A DNA stretch of 64,000 nt from Macrostomum lignano (Eukaryota): contig NIVC01002019.1 in the NCBI GenBank assembly GCA_002269645.1, positions 1-64,000 of the forward strand. The letters run 5' to 3'. The notes under the pieces are model-generated. The model was given only the letters and a program-made list of their open reading frames with translations. It did no database searches and had not been told where the DNA came from. Shown here piece after piece: positions 62,101 to 64,000 of the stretch. Numbering within the stretch: position 1 is the first letter of the stretch; every line of letters starts with the position of its first letter. The translations under genes were made by a program, and so were the position numbers.

Positions 62101-62926
62101 AATAAGCTAGATTAGCAATGCATAAGCTAGATTAGCAATCCAATAAGCTAGACTAGCAATCCATAAGCTAGATTAGCAATCCATAAGCTAGATTAGCAAT
62201 CCATAAGCTAGATTAGCAATCCATAAGCTAGATTAGCAATCCATAAACTAGATTAGCAATCCATAAGCTAGATTAGCAATCCATAAACTAGATTAGCAAT
62301 GCATAAGCTAGATTAGCAATCCATAAGCTAGATTAGCAATCCATTATCCATCAGCCACTTCTCCATCCTTCAGCCTTACCCAGCTACGCAGTCAACACAG
62401 CCTAAACTCGCCAGCTGGTCGCGAGCTGCTACTGGAGACGCTGTGGCGCCTGCTCCGCTGCCCGTTCTGCTTGCCGCGCTATTTTTTCCAGCGCCTTCAG
62501 CGCACCAGAATCAGCCTGCACGTGACCCCGGCTCGCCGGGCGGCGGCCAATCCTGAGCCAGTCAAAGTCGGCGTAGACTACGTATTGAAAGTCGAAGGCG
62601 TTGTGGAGCAGACTGGCCCGGTTCTGCTCCGCAGATTAGCCAGCGTCGCTGTCGTAGTTGCCGTCCGGCCGCACTCGACAGCCGCTAGCGGCTCCGACAT
62701 CGCCGCCGGATTCGAGTCGGCAACATCTGCTAGAGGCGGCTGGCAGCAGCGGCTGACGGCTACGCTGCCAGTGCCAACAGACTATTTCAGCAAGCAGTTC
62801 GTGCTGAGCTTCAATCGGCGGCCGGGACTCTATCTTATTAAAGTACATGTGCACCCGATTGACAAGACCGGAGCTCAATGGAGCGCCGTTGAGAAGGAGA
62901 GAGTGTACGTGCGGGTCTCCAACTGA
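56200..62926 (+). CDS. INTS7: Integrator complex subunit 7, ~983 aa. Exons 56200-57831, 58593-58890, 59569-60037, 62374-62926.
   Basis: N-terminal GLRS...EQ...FP.L..RYPFPVVINAIF.KIVDLFR.GSNFQRL...HSNDPSARAL...LDSH..VELEAA, then NNWQAYRIARAAS and C-terminal PRYFFQRLQRTRISL, matching known INTS7 blocks. Phases are consistent. Confidence 0.92.
57945..58490. repeat. Compound array of 15-16-bp GGAAGTTTCGGGATT / GGGAAGATTCAGGATA units (INTS7 intron 1)
   Basis: Direct reading. Confidence 0.93.
59025..59535. repeat. Tandem array, 23-bp unit CCGCCCTGACAATCTCTGATAAT (INTS7 intron 2)
   Basis: Direct reading, ~22 copies. Confidence 0.97.
60566..60669. other. ~100-bp hairpin element with central CACTCGTGGCTTCGCCACTCGT (INTS7 intron 3)
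   Basis: Arms GTGTATATGGTTTT / AAAACCATATACAC and TAGACAATGATAAATTTT / AAAATTTATCATTGTCTA. Confidence 0.75.
60800..62345. repeat. Tandem array, 20-bp unit AGCTAGATTAGCAATCCATA, ~75 copies (INTS7 intron 3)
   Basis: Direct reading. Confidence 0.97.
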
Positions 62927-62981
62927 CTTGGGGGGGGGGGCAGATGGAAGAGTTACTGTTGAAGCTTTGCTTTTTTGCTTC

Positions 62982-62987
62982 AATAAA
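62982..62987 (+). terminator. Candidate polyadenylation signal for INTS7
   Basis: AATAAA ~55 nt after the stop codon. Confidence 0.5.
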
Positions 62988-63024
62988 CTCTATTGCTCGC
63001 TACAAGGCAAGAAGGAATAGAAAG

Positions 63025-63925
63025 AATGGATTGCTAATCTATTGTCAACATCAGCGGATAGAATAGAATGGATTGTTAATCTTTTGTCAACATCAGCGGA
63101 TAGAATAGAATGGATTGCTAATCTATTGTCAACATCAGCGGATAGAATAGAATGGATTGTTAATCTTTTGTCAACATCAGCGGATAGAATAGAATGGATT
63201 GTTAATCTTTTGTCAACATCAGCGGATAGAATAGAATGGATTGCTAATCTATTGTCAACATCAGCGGATAGAATAGAATGGATTTTTAATCTATCGTCAA
63301 CATCAGCGGATAGAATAAAATGGATTGTTAATCTTTTGTCAACATCAGCGGATAGAATAGAATGGATTGTTAATCTTTTGTCAACATCAGCGGATAGAAT
63401 AGAATGGATTTTTAATCTATTGTCAACATCAGCGGATAGAATAGAATGGATTGCTAATCTATTGTCAACATCAGAGGATAGAATAGAATAGATTGTTAAT
63501 CTATTGTCAACATCGGAGGATAGAATAGAATGGATTGTTAATCTATTGTCAACATCGGAGGATAGAATAGAATGGATTTTTAATCTATTGTCAACATCAG
63601 AGGATAGAATAGAATGGATTGCTAATCTATTGTCAACATCAGAGGATAGAATAGAATGGATTGCTAATCTATTGTCAACATCAGAGGATAGAATAGAATG
63701 GATTGTTAATCTATTGTCAACATCAGAGGATAGAATAGAATGGATTGCTAATCTATTGTCAACATCGGAGAATAAAATAGAATGGATTTTTAATCTATTG
63801 TCAACATCAGAGGATAGAATAGAATGGATTGCTAATCTATTGTCAACATCGGAGGATAGAATAGAATGGATTTTTAATCTATTGTCAACATCAGAGGATA
63901 GAATAGAATGGATTGCTAATCTATC
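63025..63925. repeat. Tandem array, 42-bp unit GAATAGAATGGATTGCTAATCTATTGTCAACATCAGAGGATA, downstream of INTS7
   Basis: Direct reading, ~21 copies. Confidence 0.97.
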
Positions 63926-64000
63926 CCACCTCTAAAGACAAACTACTCGCAAGCATTTTATAGACACGCATTTATTATATGTGGATTTCATTAAAGGCTA

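Noticed and set aside
2215-63925. Consistent G-skew of arrays relative to transcription
   Set aside because: Sense strands are G-rich in some arrays and C-rich in others.
3476-63935. Long ORFs with repeated peptides (3476-4280, 6165-7243, 31589-32686, 37669-38828, 55518-56191, 58982-59611, 63042-63935, etc.)
   Set aside because: They are translations of stop-free tandem arrays, open in several frames at once and lying in introns or UTRs of real genes.

Overview
Eukaryotic (metazoan invertebrate) genomic DNA. GC/Ala-rich exons and minisatellite-stuffed introns resemble the free-living flatworm Macrostomum; this is an inference only. Six protein genes were reconstructed by hand from GT(GC)-AG sites with consistent phases: a 5'-partial SGPL1 (minus), intronless cytochrome c (minus), a 4-exon GT32/DxD glycosyltransferase (plus), 10-exon SKI2/SKIV2L (minus), an intronless SPC24-like gene (minus, 447 bp upstream of SKI2) and 4-exon INTS7 (plus). 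About 18 kb (~28%) is made of 21 tandem arrays with units of 16-64 bp, lying almost only in introns and gene-proximal or UTR positions. The two large AT-rich intergenic blocks instead carry MITEs with clean TSDs, a decayed hAT element and a strong excess of TAGGCCTA. A frameshifted piggyBac and two tRNA-derived SINEs lie in introns. The most interesting signals are (i) unrelated arrays built from shared short cores (ATGGATTGCTAATCTAGC; CCCARATCCTCAG), (ii) a SKI2 intron with a probable GC donor filled with ~65 tandem YYCAG|GTRACT units that look like recursive splice sites, and (iii) a possible SPC24-SKI2 operon. Most long ORFs in the supplied track are artefacts of tandem repeats.
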